A program made the position numbers and the translations under genes. From Nymphaea colorata (lineage: Eukaryota): 64,000 bases of DNA. Below, piece by piece: positions 24,082-37,078 of the stretch. Each line of letters opens with the position of its first letter. Position 1 is the stretch's first letter. Below the pieces are notes generated by a model. The model did no database searches, was not told the DNA's origin, and saw only the letters and a list, made by a program, of their open reading frames with translations. The stretch covers positions 26,040,001-26,104,000 of the forward strand of contig NC_045138.2 in NCBI RefSeq assembly GCF_008831285.2, given 5' to 3'.

Positions 24082-26996
24082 ATGGATCGGAATATTGTGT
24101 GTGGATCTGATGATATAAATATTCATGATGCCCCATTAAAGACATTTTTACTAGCAAGCATGTCGGCTGGTGAGAGGCTGTCATTAAAGCAGAAGCTGAT
24201 GGTAGAGCTGGCACATGTTCGATCTGCAGTTAAAAATATTGGTTCTAACTGTCTTCAGGATCTGGGTTCTCTTGATAGTTGTAAACTCCTTGCTCATGCG
24301 GTGCTTCCAGATTGTGCTTTTGTGAGTGAGAAATGTGAAGACAACCAATTCGTAGAGCTCAGAGAAAAGAAAATTAGGAACCATTCCCAAACTGCATCTA
24401 CATGGTCCACTGTCACAGGAGTAAAGCGTGATCCTCCTCAAGGTTTGGAACACAGGGTTGCGAATAAAAGGCCAAGACTTGATGGTGATATGATGAAACA
24501 GTGTGCAAGTCTATTAAAAAAGTTAATGAGTCATCAATTTGCTTGGGTGTTTAATCATCCAGTTGACCCTGTGAAGTTAAATATTCCTGACTATTTTACC
24601 ATCATTACCAAGCCAATGGACTTGGGTACAATCAAGTCTAAGCTCGAAAGCAAATTATATTTGGGCGTTCAGGACTTTGCTTCTGATGTACGGTTAACTT
24701 TCTCCAATGCCATGCAATACAATCCTCCTGGTAATGATGTCCATATCATGGCAAAATCGTTGAATGGCATATTTAATAAGAAATGGACGACTTTGGAGGA
24801 GAAGTGGAGGAAGGAAAGCCAAGAAGGAACACAAAATCCAAATATGAAGCCAGCAAGGAAGCTGGTTGAGAAGCCTCGGAAGACTGCCCGCAAAGAGCCT
24901 ATCTATTATTTGGAACCCTCATTTAAGAAGCCAATGACATCTGCTGATAAGCTGAAGCTGCAGAAGGACCTAACAGCCATATCTAGAAGCAAGCTTCCTC
25001 CGGAACTGCTTTCTTTCCTCCAGAAGTTTGGATCACTTGGACCCAACGGAGATGAGATTGTAGTGGACATCGATGCATTTGATAATGACACAGCGTGGGA
25101 GTTGCAAAAAATTGTGAAGAGCTATATGGAGGCAAGATCAGCAAAAGTGAGCTTGCGGTTCCTGAAGTTTTGTCACACTTTTTGTTACGTTCATGACATC
25201 ATGTTTCTATGTTCAAGTACTTACGTGGCCTGTGGCACATTATTCTGTGACAGTCTGCAGATACAGGGAATGCTTTAAGACCTTGTGGCCGTAGCACTTG
25301 TAGCATTGACCACAAAGGTAATGATGTGCAATGCTATTTGAACCTTCTTCTGTTGTATACGTCAAACATTGACTGTATGCTATTCACAGATGATGATGGC
25401 TGTCTTTTGGATGAGCAATTAAGTTCAAAAGCATGTAGGAGCTTGACAGCCTGCATGAATGGCATGTGTAGTGACAAAACCTGCCAAGGTGGCTGTGGTC
25501 GCAATGATTTCACCCAATCTTTGAGTGGTGAGATATTTTTCTGGATTTTCTTCCGCAACATAGGGTTTTGGTTTTTCAAGTAAATTCTCTTACTGTTTTA
25601 TCCTGTTGGTTTGGTTTGGCTCAGATGTGGATTCTGAAAGTTCATTAGACAGGGGATCAGTTCGAGATCGAGCTCGTGGTGCTAACTCACTTCATTTGGT
25701 AATTAGGGTTAGCTGTCATTCTTGTTCCATTCTTAAACATGTGAAAGGGTATTGTTATCAGTTTTTTTAAAGTCTTAAAGTTTCAATTTTTACTTGCTTA
25801 CATAGGATCCATTGTCAAGTAATGCTAATTCTGCCGACAAGCAAAGTGGCCACCTGGACCCTGACACAGATGGTGGGAACAATCACTTGATATTTGATCA
25901 AGGAGATTTTCTTTTGCAGTTATATGATTTGCTAAGTTTGATACTGTATGAAATACTCCAGGAGCTGTGAGTGCTTTGGATGAAGAGAATACACAATCAA
26001 GTCCTAACACAGCTGCTGTCTCTGTTGGTGCATCTGGAGAAGGTTATCATAGCTTGGAGTTGTAATTCAATTTGATCGTATGCCTTATTCTACTACATGC
26101 TCTTTTGACTTAGACACTTAGTATGGCATTCCTTAATCAGGTGGAAGCGTTACTTCAGAGATGCAACTCTCTCCTGGCAAAGCTCTCCGTGCTGCAATGT
26201 TGAAGAGCCGATTTGCTGATACCATTCTCAAAGCTCAGCAGAAGACCCTTCTGAACAATGTGGGATTTATTTTGCAACATGGATTCCTGTAAACACATTT
26301 AGGATGTCAAATTTTATTCCAATTGTTGTAATTGAATTTTATGTTTTGCTTTCAGGGGGAGAAGAGAGATCCTGTAAAGATGCGTCGTGAGAGGGAAGAA
26401 ATGGAAAGGAGGCACCTGGAAGGTATTATTGTGGATATGACTTGTACTTTTTTACGTAAACTGAAAGCACTTGTAAAGATTTTTTTTTTTTTACCTGCAA
26501 CACAATTTTCACTTCAACACATCTTTTCTTTTCTGCTATTGACAGATAAGGCTCGAATTGAAGCTCAGGTCAGGGCTGCTGAAGCGGCTCGTGAAGCAGA
26601 AGCCAAGAGGAAGAGAGATGAAGAAAGGGAAGCAGCTAGGCTTGCTCTACAGAACGTGAGTGCTTTTTCTCATTGGTTCTTCCACATGTTTGTGAATTTT
26701 GTGACATGAAGGTGTATTTCTGTTGTCATCCGTGGATGTAGATGGAAAGAACTGTTGAAATCAATGAGAATGACAATATCTTGAAGGATCTTGAGCAGTT
26801 TGGCTACTCACAAGGAATGAGCTCGGGCACTGAAATAGGGAGCCCTGCATCCGGTCTGGAAGGATTGGGAGTGTTTGCAGGAGGGAATCCATTGGAACGT
26901 TTGGGGTTGTTCATGAAAAATGAGGATCTTGAAGATGATGAGGCTCCTTCCCAGATTATGCAGCTGGCACTGGCGATGTGGAGGAGGGAGAGATAG
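24082..26996 (+). CDS. GTE: GTE/BET family transcription regulator (bromodomain + ET domain; GTE8/9/11/12-type C-terminus)
   Basis: Exons 24082-25146, 25254-25317, 25390-25527, 25625-25698, 25806-25872, 25962-26042, 26141-26259, 26356-26422, 26546-26655 and 26742-26996 are all GT-AG and in frame. Bromodomain: AWVFNHPVDPVKLNIPDYF...PMDLGTIK...YNPPGN. ET-like: EIVVDIDAFDNDTAWEL. Also LSPGKALRAAMLKSRFADTILKAQ and NPLERLGLFMK. A stop at 27004 would apply if the frameshift noted in findings is an error. Confidence 0.92.
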
Positions 26997-29900
26997 ATTG
27001 CTAAGCCTTGATTTGCTGTTTTCTGCAGATAACATGGTCTTTCTTCTTCTTTTGGTTTCCCGGAGATTGTAATTTTTTTGGAAAGCAATCTGGTAGGGAC
27101 GAGGGTATGAGGATGATTGTAAATGGTTGTGGCTCGTAGAATGAATGTGTATTTGGTGAGGTGAGTGACTGATTAGTTCACATATTAGGGTAGTGGGCAC
27201 GTGGACCCGAGTCCCTATTTATTACAGGTATTACAGATGTGAACCGAGATTTTGTAGGGATCTGGTAGTTTTTCACTTTGGGCCTTTGGGGAACCATACT
27301 TTCGTGTAGTCGGTATTTCCGTACGTGATGCGTAAGAAACAATAAAAAGACTGTATACTGTATGCTCAATAGTGTTCTCATAGAATTTGTAACTCCATAG
27401 GAAGGTGGTGAGAGAATTTGCTCTTGGCCTGAGAAAGATTGTAACTGAAAGATCATTGCATGATAATTCTGTGCCGTTGCATGCATTTTGCATTTCGTTC
27501 AAACAAACGAAGCTTGGTTTCTACGATCTGAGAGTGAAACTCTAAGTGCGCTGCCTTACCACCATACCTCCACCTGTGAAGCAAATTGCGTGAAAGTTTC
27601 AAAGTTTTATCTCCGGCGATTCAACGTTTCTGCTGTTGTTTGGCCTTTGTAGCCGGATAGCCTCTGCTAAAGTCGATCAACTCAAGGGGCAATTTACCCG
27701 TCTCACCCGCCAACCTCTCTCGCACACTGTCCAAGTTATCAATGTTAAGTTTTACATGTATTCTTCTATGTCATCAACATGCCGGGGCTCTCCGGGTTTC
27801 AACAATTGGTAAGGTGTTTCTGTCATGTTTCTACTGGTTATTTGAATATCACTTCTTGTTTCTACTGGTATTTGAATGGCACATCCGGTTTACCTTCCAC
27901 CAGTCCAAAATAACATAAACCATAAAGAAACGAGATTATCCTTTTCTTATACATTTTATAATGCTAGTCCTTGGATTGAATGAATGTATGCACGCCATGT
28001 ATATGGCTCCATCAAGCACATATCATTTCAGCATGTGGTTCTTGGTTTTTTTTTATCTTCTAACTCACCGTACTGCCTACCCACTAAATGTTCTCTCAGT
28101 TGCAGGGATCAGATGCACCGATTATTTGGCTGCTTGGTATTAGTAGAACGTTCAAGTCGCGGGCATTATAAATTCCCATTTTTTGGAAGAGGCTACTACG
28201 GTCAAAAAATATCAGAAGTCACGAAGAGAGTTGTGCCTCACCTTGCCATGTCCTACATGCTAAATTCCTCTTCCGCTGTTTAGCAAAGCAGAAGGCTGAC
28301 CTCTACCTCATAAGTGGGGAAGAAGCATATATATAGGGAAATTGGTAGATTCCAAATCACTAGGTCAGGGATAAAAACCTGACTCTTTATTTTTTTGCAA
28401 AAAAGGTATTTTAAACAAAATGAAAGCATCCTAATATATTTATAGGTATATGATATTCATCTTTTATGACGGCCTATATTTCCTACTTTCATATGTCTCT
28501 TTAGTCTTCGGCTCCACAAGATCATATAATTTCTCCAGAAGAGCAGTATCAGTGGCTGCACAATGGGCGACATATACTGTCATAGCCATTAGAAACGGAC
28601 GATTCTTTCGTATCTTGTTTACGGGAAAAGAAGGACGCATCTTCCACAAGAAGATGAAAATCTACAGTCAACAGCAATTGCCAATTATACGCAACGGGGG
28701 CTCCACTTTTCTAAGTCGGGATGACTTGTTAGCATCAAATCCTTTATTAACATCACGGGCCTGTATCCTGCTGAATCTGCCAACACAATTCATGATGGCT
28801 CCTCATCGATGCGAGACGAACCGAGAATAGTTTTTGATATGTCGTTTCCTTTATTATTTTAATTTCTTTTGGATGAGATTTAATATTTGTTTTTCAATGC
28901 AAAAAGCAAAAATGGCTAAATTGATTCTTTACGAATCAAATGATTCACCACGAATCACACAGGCTTATACAACCACTCACAATTCAATTGGTAGACTGCT
29001 TTCCCATACGAAGTGAGCAGCTGCTGTCTGTTTTCTATTATTATTGTGGAAGAAACAAAATAAGATGCTCCTCTTTTTGTTTTCGAGGGTGTTGGTGCAA
29101 TGGAAAAGAAAAAAAAAACTCGATGATTTTTGTTTCAACTTACCCAAGCGTCAACTCTCTGTGTTGTAAAAGAAAACTTCAAATGCGACAGAATGGAATT
29201 TTAAGGTGGGTATCCTCGACTCACCCAAAGGATGATCCTCCTTTTTTTTTTTAAAAAAAAAAGAGGGTTCATATTGGAATAAACCAAAGTATCGGGCACT
29301 GTTTTGCAATAGCTGAAAGTCACACAGCCTTTTGAGAACCAGTTCCAAGAAATGTAAAGCTTTCGATAGGATCTCCAGTTTCTCAGCCAAAAATGATATC
29401 ATTGCCATCACAAGGGGTCCCAATGATGTCTAAACATTGAATCTACTTTGGTCGGTGAACCACAAACGCTAGATATTTTTCTTTCAGTATGTAGAAAATG
29501 CCAAATCCTTATTAGTTTTTCTGCATTACATTAAGTACTGTTCTGATGTCATGCGAACGTAAGGAGATATATCAATTATCATAGAAGAAACTCTAGGCTT
29601 CGTTTGCTTCACATAGCTTCCTACCAACATAGCTTATCTTAGAAAATGATAACAAATATACTTTGCAGATTGCTCATGGATCACAATGATCATCATTTAC
29701 AAAATTCTACCTGGTTTGCCTGGGCATCTATGTCTACAGAAGAAGAATTTCCTCACCCTGTGGTGAAATTTCATCACCCTTTACTGCCTCCTTGCTTGAA
29801 ATGGTTCTCAAGAAACATGGTAGAGCTCAAAGTAGATCTTTCCTCTCCCTATGCCATTGCATTTTGAAATCAATAGTGGATCGGCTTGACCCAAGCTCAA

Positions 29901-31573
29901 GCTCGTCTTCTAAACATTGAACTAAACTTGGCTCATTAAAGAAGGCAGGTTGCCCGACCTAGACTGACCCAGTCAGTTTATGTTGTTTCATTAGCCATGT
30001 ACATTATTCTCATTATGTTATTCCTTTTGAAAATTTAATATGATTAACTTGATTGGTCTTATATGATAAACTCAGGTCACGATCCATGAACAAATCTCAT
30101 CCATTAACTTAGCTCAGGTCACCTCTGACCGGACTTTCGGGTGAGTGAGAGGACAATCCACTGCCTGCAAGAAGCCGAAAGGACCCCCATTCCCGTTGCC
30201 TTAGGAATAGCTGCGTCGGGGCCTGAAAGAACAGCAGGCTACCTTCAATTAAACGGAACACCCCACCTTTTTGCAGTGCAGGGAAATAGCACCTACTGGA
30301 ATTGAATCGGGGATGCGTAGATCAGCTATGGTCAGGCTATGATGATAGATTATCGGTCAAATTGATGTCCTCCTCAGAGAATGAAGCATTGGAAATATTT
30401 GTTTCTTTAACAAAAACATGGTAGAAGTTGCAGATATAAAAGTTGAAGTGAATCCCTTAAACATGTAGAAATACTCTGTAAAAGTGTTTTCCTATCTACT
30501 GTATACTTTAAGTGTTGTTTCATTCCTACAGATAAAGATGTTGCAATTATTTGCATGTAAAGAACCATTTGACCTTCAAATTGAGAGATGTCAAGAACTA
30601 AAGGCTCGAGGTTGATCTCGAGACAAAATTTACTAGTGTGCTTACATACACAAGTGAAAAAAAAATCAATTCACGTCATGTAAATCCATACAAGTGGATC
30701 TGGTGCAGCCGAGAATTTGAAAATGACTGAACTGAATTGAAAAAAGTCTCATCCTAAGTCCACTGGCTCAACTTGTTATAACTCAAGAGGAGAACGAAAA
30801 TAAATAAAAGAAGAGAAGTCGTATAATCTTCCAATAGTAACACTGGGATCCCACTTTTACTAATTAGCAATGGTTGCTCCATTCCAGATTTTTCTTTTTC
30901 AAATCAAGGGATTGTTTTAAAATTCCAATATAAGATCAGAGGTGATAAAAGAATGCGACATCATATCTCAAATTCTGACAACATACTGAGGATCTCAAGC
31001 CTTCATTCCTAAAAAATGATGAAAATCTACCGTTTGTTTAGCATATGGGTCTTACATAAAAAGAATTTCAGATCAAACTTGGATCTGATATCCTAGTCTG
31101 TCAAACTCAAACTAAATGTGAGATGTTACATATCGTGTGTAAAACTAAAATTTACTCACCAAACAAGTATAAAACATTTAAAATTGTATTCTAGTTTTTC
31201 AGTATCTGCAGAACTTACCATTCATAATAATTTCAAGTCGAGAAATACAAACAAACGTGCTTCTTAAAGCAGCCAATGAAGCCATCGCCTCAGCATTATT
31301 GAAAAGCATACGCATGTGTGTGGTTCTAAACCTTTGGCAGAAAAACCCCAAAACAAAATGACGTGTAGATGGTGACCTATATGGTCCTAAACGGTCGGTA
31401 TATTATTTCGAGATTTTGGTTTTTCTAGGCACACCTAATTCTCGATCAAATCTGATGTTTCATGTACTCAAGTGATCCAAATCCGAATTATTTGAATGCT
31501 TAATAATTCATAAAGTTGGTAGACTTTGGTATTTGGTATTGAAGTACTTTTTCATAATACCTTGCTATGTCAA

Positions 31574-32344
31574 TGTAACGACTTGACTCACTCCTGTAAT
31601 CGAGTCTTTGGTTTGACGTATCACAACTCGCTCCCTAACAATTTTGGTGTCAGATTGAAAAAGACTAGGAACCAAGAACACTAATCACTTAACCCTCTTT
31701 ATAAGTACCTCAAGATCGCTCACAATCTTTAATATGGGATTAAACTTTTGGGGTGTTACAACCCATCCTTCATTCAAGCACACGCATCCGTGCATGTAGA
31801 ATCTTAGGTTTGAGCATTGAACTGTGTTCTAAAGTTAAGCGTGCTTGAGCGAGATTAATACTATGATGAGTGACCTCTTAGGAAGTCATTGTCTATAACG
31901 ACTCGACCCTCCCTTAGGCTCGAGCCTTTGGTCTGACAAATCCCAACCCACCCGATACCAATTTCAGTTTAAGCTAGAAAAAAGTTAAGAACCATGATAA
32001 CCAACAATTTAACAACTCATTCATAAGTCCTCCCAAGATTCCTCATAAACTTTAATACGAAACTAATTTTTTTGAGTGTTACAATTCGACCCTCTTAAGG
32101 CATACACGTTTGCATGTGTGAGACCTCATGTTCGAGTGTTGAATCGTGCTCTGATACCACTATAATGACTCAACTCACTTGGACTCGAACCCTTAGTTTG
32201 ACAGATCTCAACCTGCCCCCTATAAGTTTCAATTTCAATTCGAAAAAGATTAAGAGTCATAACAAACAACAACTTAACAACCTCTTTATAAGTCCTCCAA
32301 GATCCCTCACAAACTTTAATACGACTAATTTTTGAGGTGTTAAA
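31574..32344 (-). mobile_element. Tandem three-LTR TRIM (terminal-repeat retrotransposon in miniature)
   Basis: Three related ~185-190-bp LTRs: 31574-31760 (tgtaac...gttaca), 31894-32083 and 32161-32344. Internal domains are ~75 bp. A tRNA-iMet PBS (gctctgatacca, the reverse complement of TGGTATCAGAGC) is at 32148-32159. PPT-like tracts lie next to LTR1 and LTR2. Flanks gtcaa/atcaa give a 4/5 TSD match. Confidence 0.85.
31833..31892 (+). pseudogene. 5S rRNA-derived fragment (internal control region, A box to C box)
   Basis: agttaagcgtgcttgagcgagattaatactatgatgagtgacctcttaggaagtcattgt aligns without gaps to plant 5S AGTTAAGCGTGCTTGGGCGAGAGTAGTACTAGGATGGGTGACCTCCTGGGAAGTCCTCGT, about 50/60 by eye. 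The 5' ~49 nt and the 3' end of 5S are absent. Confidence 0.88.
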
Positions 32345-33108
32345 ATCAAAATTGATTCTCACCAAACTCTAATTCAAACCATTTTTATTGGGTGAACAAG
32401 ACGACAAGAAGGTCGAAATCCTCAAACCTTTTTCCATCCCCTTAGTACAAGCTTACTTTTGGTAAAGCACCCTTTCTCCCAACTTCCAATCCGCTCTCTT
32501 AGAATGAAAAGGTACGCAATTTTTTTCGGTTGACGTTTCTAATTTATGAGGTTTCGTTAACTTTTTGAAGCGATTATGTGAAAATAAGATTCATGTGAAG
32601 AGGGGGGAGTTGACTATGTAAGAAGAAGACGTTCAAGTTTCTACCGACCGTTGTGGTGACCGTTGGTGGTGGAATGAGGGGCGTTATACATCACACCGTC
32701 AGTAAAGGGGGAGGTCGATCGGTCTACGGTTTTGTTTCACATCCAAGTAATAAATGAGGGGCCGGGAGGAAGGTAAGGTGGAGAAGGACTAGATGGGCGA
32801 AGGATCGAAGAACATTACACATGTGGGCTTCATAGACATAACTGTTGATTTGGTAGGTTTGGTTTCATCCTTGGCCTTACGTAGATCTAACACTTGGCCT
32901 TATTTAATCCATATAGAAGGAATAATATTTAAATGCTTTTTATATGGAGTATTCTATCTGTCGGATGATTAAAAACTAAAAATTCATCACCAATGAACTG
33001 TTGTTATATCATAAACTATCGTTAATGCTATGTGACAACTAATTTTTAGGAACATATTTTTTAATTTTTAACCACTTGGCTACATCTAATCTAACACATA
33101 GGATAGGT

Positions 33109-33144
<36 letters not shown>

Positions 33145-33544
33145 AGAAAGAGAGAGATTCTGTAAATCATACTTTTAACGAGCACATATGCGGCTGCTTA
33201 CATTGCATGGACGTCCGTTAGGATGGACTAACGTTACATATATATTTGCACATACGATTTAGTTAGGTTCCATCTCTCTTTCCAATAACTCAACCATGAT
33301 GTGATGCATATGATTGCTCAATTAGAGATCAATTTTTTGAATGTTTAAAGTTCGATGTGAATTAAGGTCTCCTCAAAATTCAGTAGTTGAAAAAGTTTGA
33401 GCTTCTATTGTCAGAAAAAACTTCTGCCAAAAGCACACAAGAAAAAAGGTTGGTTTATTTGCATTTAACATATTTGGTTAGTCTACATCATCGAACTCTG
33501 CCTAAACAACTTGCAAAGTTCGAATCGCAATGTATGCGCAACAG

Positions 33545-33589
<45 letters not shown>

Positions 33590-34056
33590 AAGAAGGAAAA
33601 GATGAGTTGTCTAGCTACTATTTTATTATTTATCACCTTCATTCGTTCCCTCGAGTTTTGCCGATCAAAACTGGTGGCGCGAATGTGAAATGTGGCAGAG
33701 TTTAGGGAGGGGCCCTGGTGGTTGGGGTTGGGAAGCAAGGAAGTGGGGATCATGGCCTGCCTCAGCCCGACCCCAATCCAACCCCAAAACTGGGACCAAC
33801 TCAATCCCCATTTCTTTTTTGTGCAACTGGATAGCCACCACCATCTGCACACTGTTATGTCATCATCATCCTCGGATGGCATGATCATCATCACCATCAT
33901 CCTCCCCCTTCCCCTTCTTATTAAGATAGCTTCCTCCCTCCTTCCTTCCCTCCCACTCTGTCCCTGATCACTTTACTCATACACCTCCACCTGTGGAAGC
34001 TTTGGCAAGGAAGGTCAGAAAGGCATCCAGAAAAACGAGAGAGAGCACCATATATC

Positions 34057-36155
34057 ATGATGGCTCTGGAGGCTTCACCGGAAGCGCGACCAGTCTTGCA
34101 GCCTGCATGTAATCGAGTCCCAAACTTGGAGAACCATCGGAAGGTTGTGAAGAAACAGCCACAATCAAAGCCACCTTCGTCTTCACCGGCACCACCTTCT
34201 GCTGCTAGTCTAACCTTCCCTTCAAAAACTGTACTCCCAAAATCATCACCGTGCAAACCTGCCACCAAGCCTTCCCCACCATTATCCCCCAAATGCAGCA
34301 AGCCTTTGGCTTCCTTGGCGGTCCTCAAGCGCGCCAGCGCCGGCGACCCTCGCAGCCTTAACTCCAGCATCGACAAGCAGAGCTGCAGCTACACCCCCAT
34401 CTACTCTGCCAACAACAGCGGTTCCTCTTATGCCTCTCCTCCTTCTGCTGCTAGTACTTGCACAAGCGGCATTACTTCTTTGAAACTGTCATCCTCTTCG
34501 CCGCGTCTTGTGAGAGGTAGGAAGAAGTCGAAGAGTACTGCAGACGCACTCTGCGACTTTTCTTCCATATTGCTCAAGTCGCCTGGCAGCATAGCTGCTG
34601 CAAGAAGGGAGCAAGTCAGCCTTCTTCAGGCACAGAGGAAGCAAAAAATTGCTCACTATGGGAGGACGCCCAAGGCTGGAGTGAAACCCTTGCAGGAGGA
34701 ACCTCTAACGCCCACCAGTGAAGCACAGGAGCACAAGAAATGCAATTTTATCACTCCCAATTCAGGTTTGCCCTTTTCTCCTTTCCGCCTATATATGTAT
34801 ATGTATAAAAAGTTCAATGAAATTAAGGGGCTAATTTCCAAATTTCGATTGTTTCTGCAGATCCCATCTATGTCAGGTACCATGATGAGGAATGGGGAGT
34901 CCCTGTTCATGATGACAAGTATGTTGGTTAGCACTTTCTTTTTCCAGTTCATAATTTTATGTCAGAGTCCTGTTCCTCGGTCTGCTTGTGGTTGATCGTT
35001 ATTGAAATGGGATAATTGGGATGTGGTGTTACAGGATGTTGTTTGAGTTGCTGGTTTTGGCGGGTGCTCAAGTGAAAATGGATTGGACTACCATCTTGAA
35101 GATGCGTGTTGCTTTCAGGTATATATATCATCATCAATCTTGTATTCTCCATCGAAAGCCTTGTACAGGGAGTCGTCGCCTTCTTGTCTTTCCTACATTC
35201 AACCCTCCCTTCCTGAACATATTTCGTTTTTCTCCTTCCTCTCTCTTTTTTTCAAACTTTTCTTTTTATTCTGAGGATTTGTCTTTTGCAGGGAAGCTTT
35301 TGATGGTTTTGATGCTGAGTTGATTGCTAAATTCAGTGAGAAAAAGATTGCGTCCGTAAGTACTCAGCTTAGCATCGATGCGAGCATAATCCGTGGTGTT
35401 GTTGACAACTCCAAAAGGGTGATTGAGGTACGATCTAGCTTCTTCCATTCTTCTAATCACCTGTCCATTAAGAGACTGGTCTGCTTGGAAAAGCATGACT
35501 GGTTTTAGTTGTCACTGGCCTTAGCATATTCTCATAACTGTCCTTTCTTAGAAGTGATGCTATCATTATGATGGCTATTAATTCACATGAAACTCGCTTA
35601 TGAAAGCGAGGAGAAGATTAATTGGTATGTCATTCACTACCTTTTACTAAGATTTGTGTCTGCTCAAGGAAGATGGAATCATACTCTCCATTCTTGCTGC
35701 TCACTCACCAAAAAAGACTTGTTGTGCATGAGCTCACATGCACTAATGTCTGATTCAGTTACAAGCTAGATCATCAATCGCTGTTCTTATCTTCTCAGCT
35801 GATACGGTTAAGGTCATTCTATTCTTGTCTCATTTAGGTTTCTGTTTGTTCCTTTTGCTTGATGACAATGCAGATAAAAAAGGTATTTGGTTCGTTGGAT
35901 AACTATATATGGGGATTTGTAAATCACAAGCCAATGTGCCCAGAGTACAGGTCCTGCAGGAAGATCCCTGTGAAGACATCCAAATCGGAGGGCATAAGCA
36001 AGGACATGGTGAAGAGGAACTTCAGAAACGTGGGTCCTACTGTCGTCCATTCATTCATGCAAGCAGCTGGCCTCACCAATGACCATCTTGTAACTTGCCC
36101 ACGCCATGACCACTGCACCTCGTTGGCAACTCCCTTCATGTCATCATCTCAATAA
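34057..36155 (+). CDS. DNA-3-methyladenine glycosylase I (TAG / Adenine_glyco) family protein with a long Ser/Pro-rich N-terminus
   Basis: Exons 34057-34765, 34861-34918, 35035-35118, 35292-35427 and 35874-36155. Motifs: KKCNFITPNSDPIYVRYHDEEWGVPVHDD, LFELLVLAGAQ, FREAFDGFD and VGPTVVHSFMQAAGLTNDHLVTCPRH. Confidence 0.95.
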
Positions 36156-36729
36156 CCCTCAAACTCTTTAAGAAAAGGAAAAGGAAGCAGAAATATAGAA
36201 ACAAAAGGAATATATAGATATATACTTTGAGTAACTTGTGAGTAATTTCTAACTAGATTGTGACTAGTGTTCTTTCTTCTCTCTGTAAGACGACGATGTT
36301 AATCTAAGAAGGTATCTGTATCTGTGCTTGTTAGTTGATGTGAAGTTATGATTGATTTAAGGGTGAATGAATGGAATCAAAGACATGAGAAGTGGGGAGG
36401 TGTTGGAAAGGAGAAAAGAAAAGAAAAGGTGGGATGTTTTGGAGAAGAGCATGTGCGTTGCCAGGCAATCCATGTGTGTGATGTCAGTTGCACTCCGTTG
36501 GCTTTTTGAGCTCTCCATGTGACTATGGCCCACGACTCCTTCCTTTTACAGGCTGTGCCCAAGCTAGGAGGACCACGGCACACATGTTGGGTCTTTCTCT
36601 TCTTTGTTTATCTATGGCCTCATCCCACTTGCCAGTATTGCTAATTCATTCTCTATTCTAACCCTTTTTTTAAGGCATCACTGCCACTTCAGTGTACACT
36701 TTGCGTCATGTGGGTTTGTTGTTTTTTGT

Positions 36730-37078
36730 GTGCTGCCCATGATAAGTTGTATCATGACACCTGTGTATTCTATTCTATTAAATGGCAAATAGCTTTTTCT
36801 TCTTTAGTTTTAAATGTTCAATTCTCCCTCTCTCTCATGACACCTCTGTAATCTATTCTCTTTGTCCAACAGCTTTTTAATTTGTTTACTTTAATTTTAA
36901 ATGTTCAAGTCTCTCTCTCTCTCTCCCCCTCTCTCTCTTTGGTTCTTCGTGCGCTGCCCATGGATAAAAGTTACATCATGACTAATGAGATCTATGTAGT
37001 TTGTTCGATTAAATGGGACACAGCTTTTTGAACTGTTCACTGTAATTTTAAATCTCTCTCTTTCTCCTCTCTCTCATG
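36730..37078. repeat. Degenerate three-unit tandem repeat ending in (CT)n tracts
   Basis: Recurrent catgac...agcttttt...ttttaaat...ctctctctc units. Confidence 0.6.

Noticed and set aside
30240..30335. Possible tRNA-derived SINE (B-box-like GATTCAATTCC on the minus strand)
   Set aside because: No clear A box, tail or TSD could be established by eye.
31833..31892. Functional 5S rRNA gene or canonical Cassandra element
   Set aside because: Only ~60 of ~120 nt are present, with substitutions. The segment is not inside the LTRs and is antisense to the TRIM.
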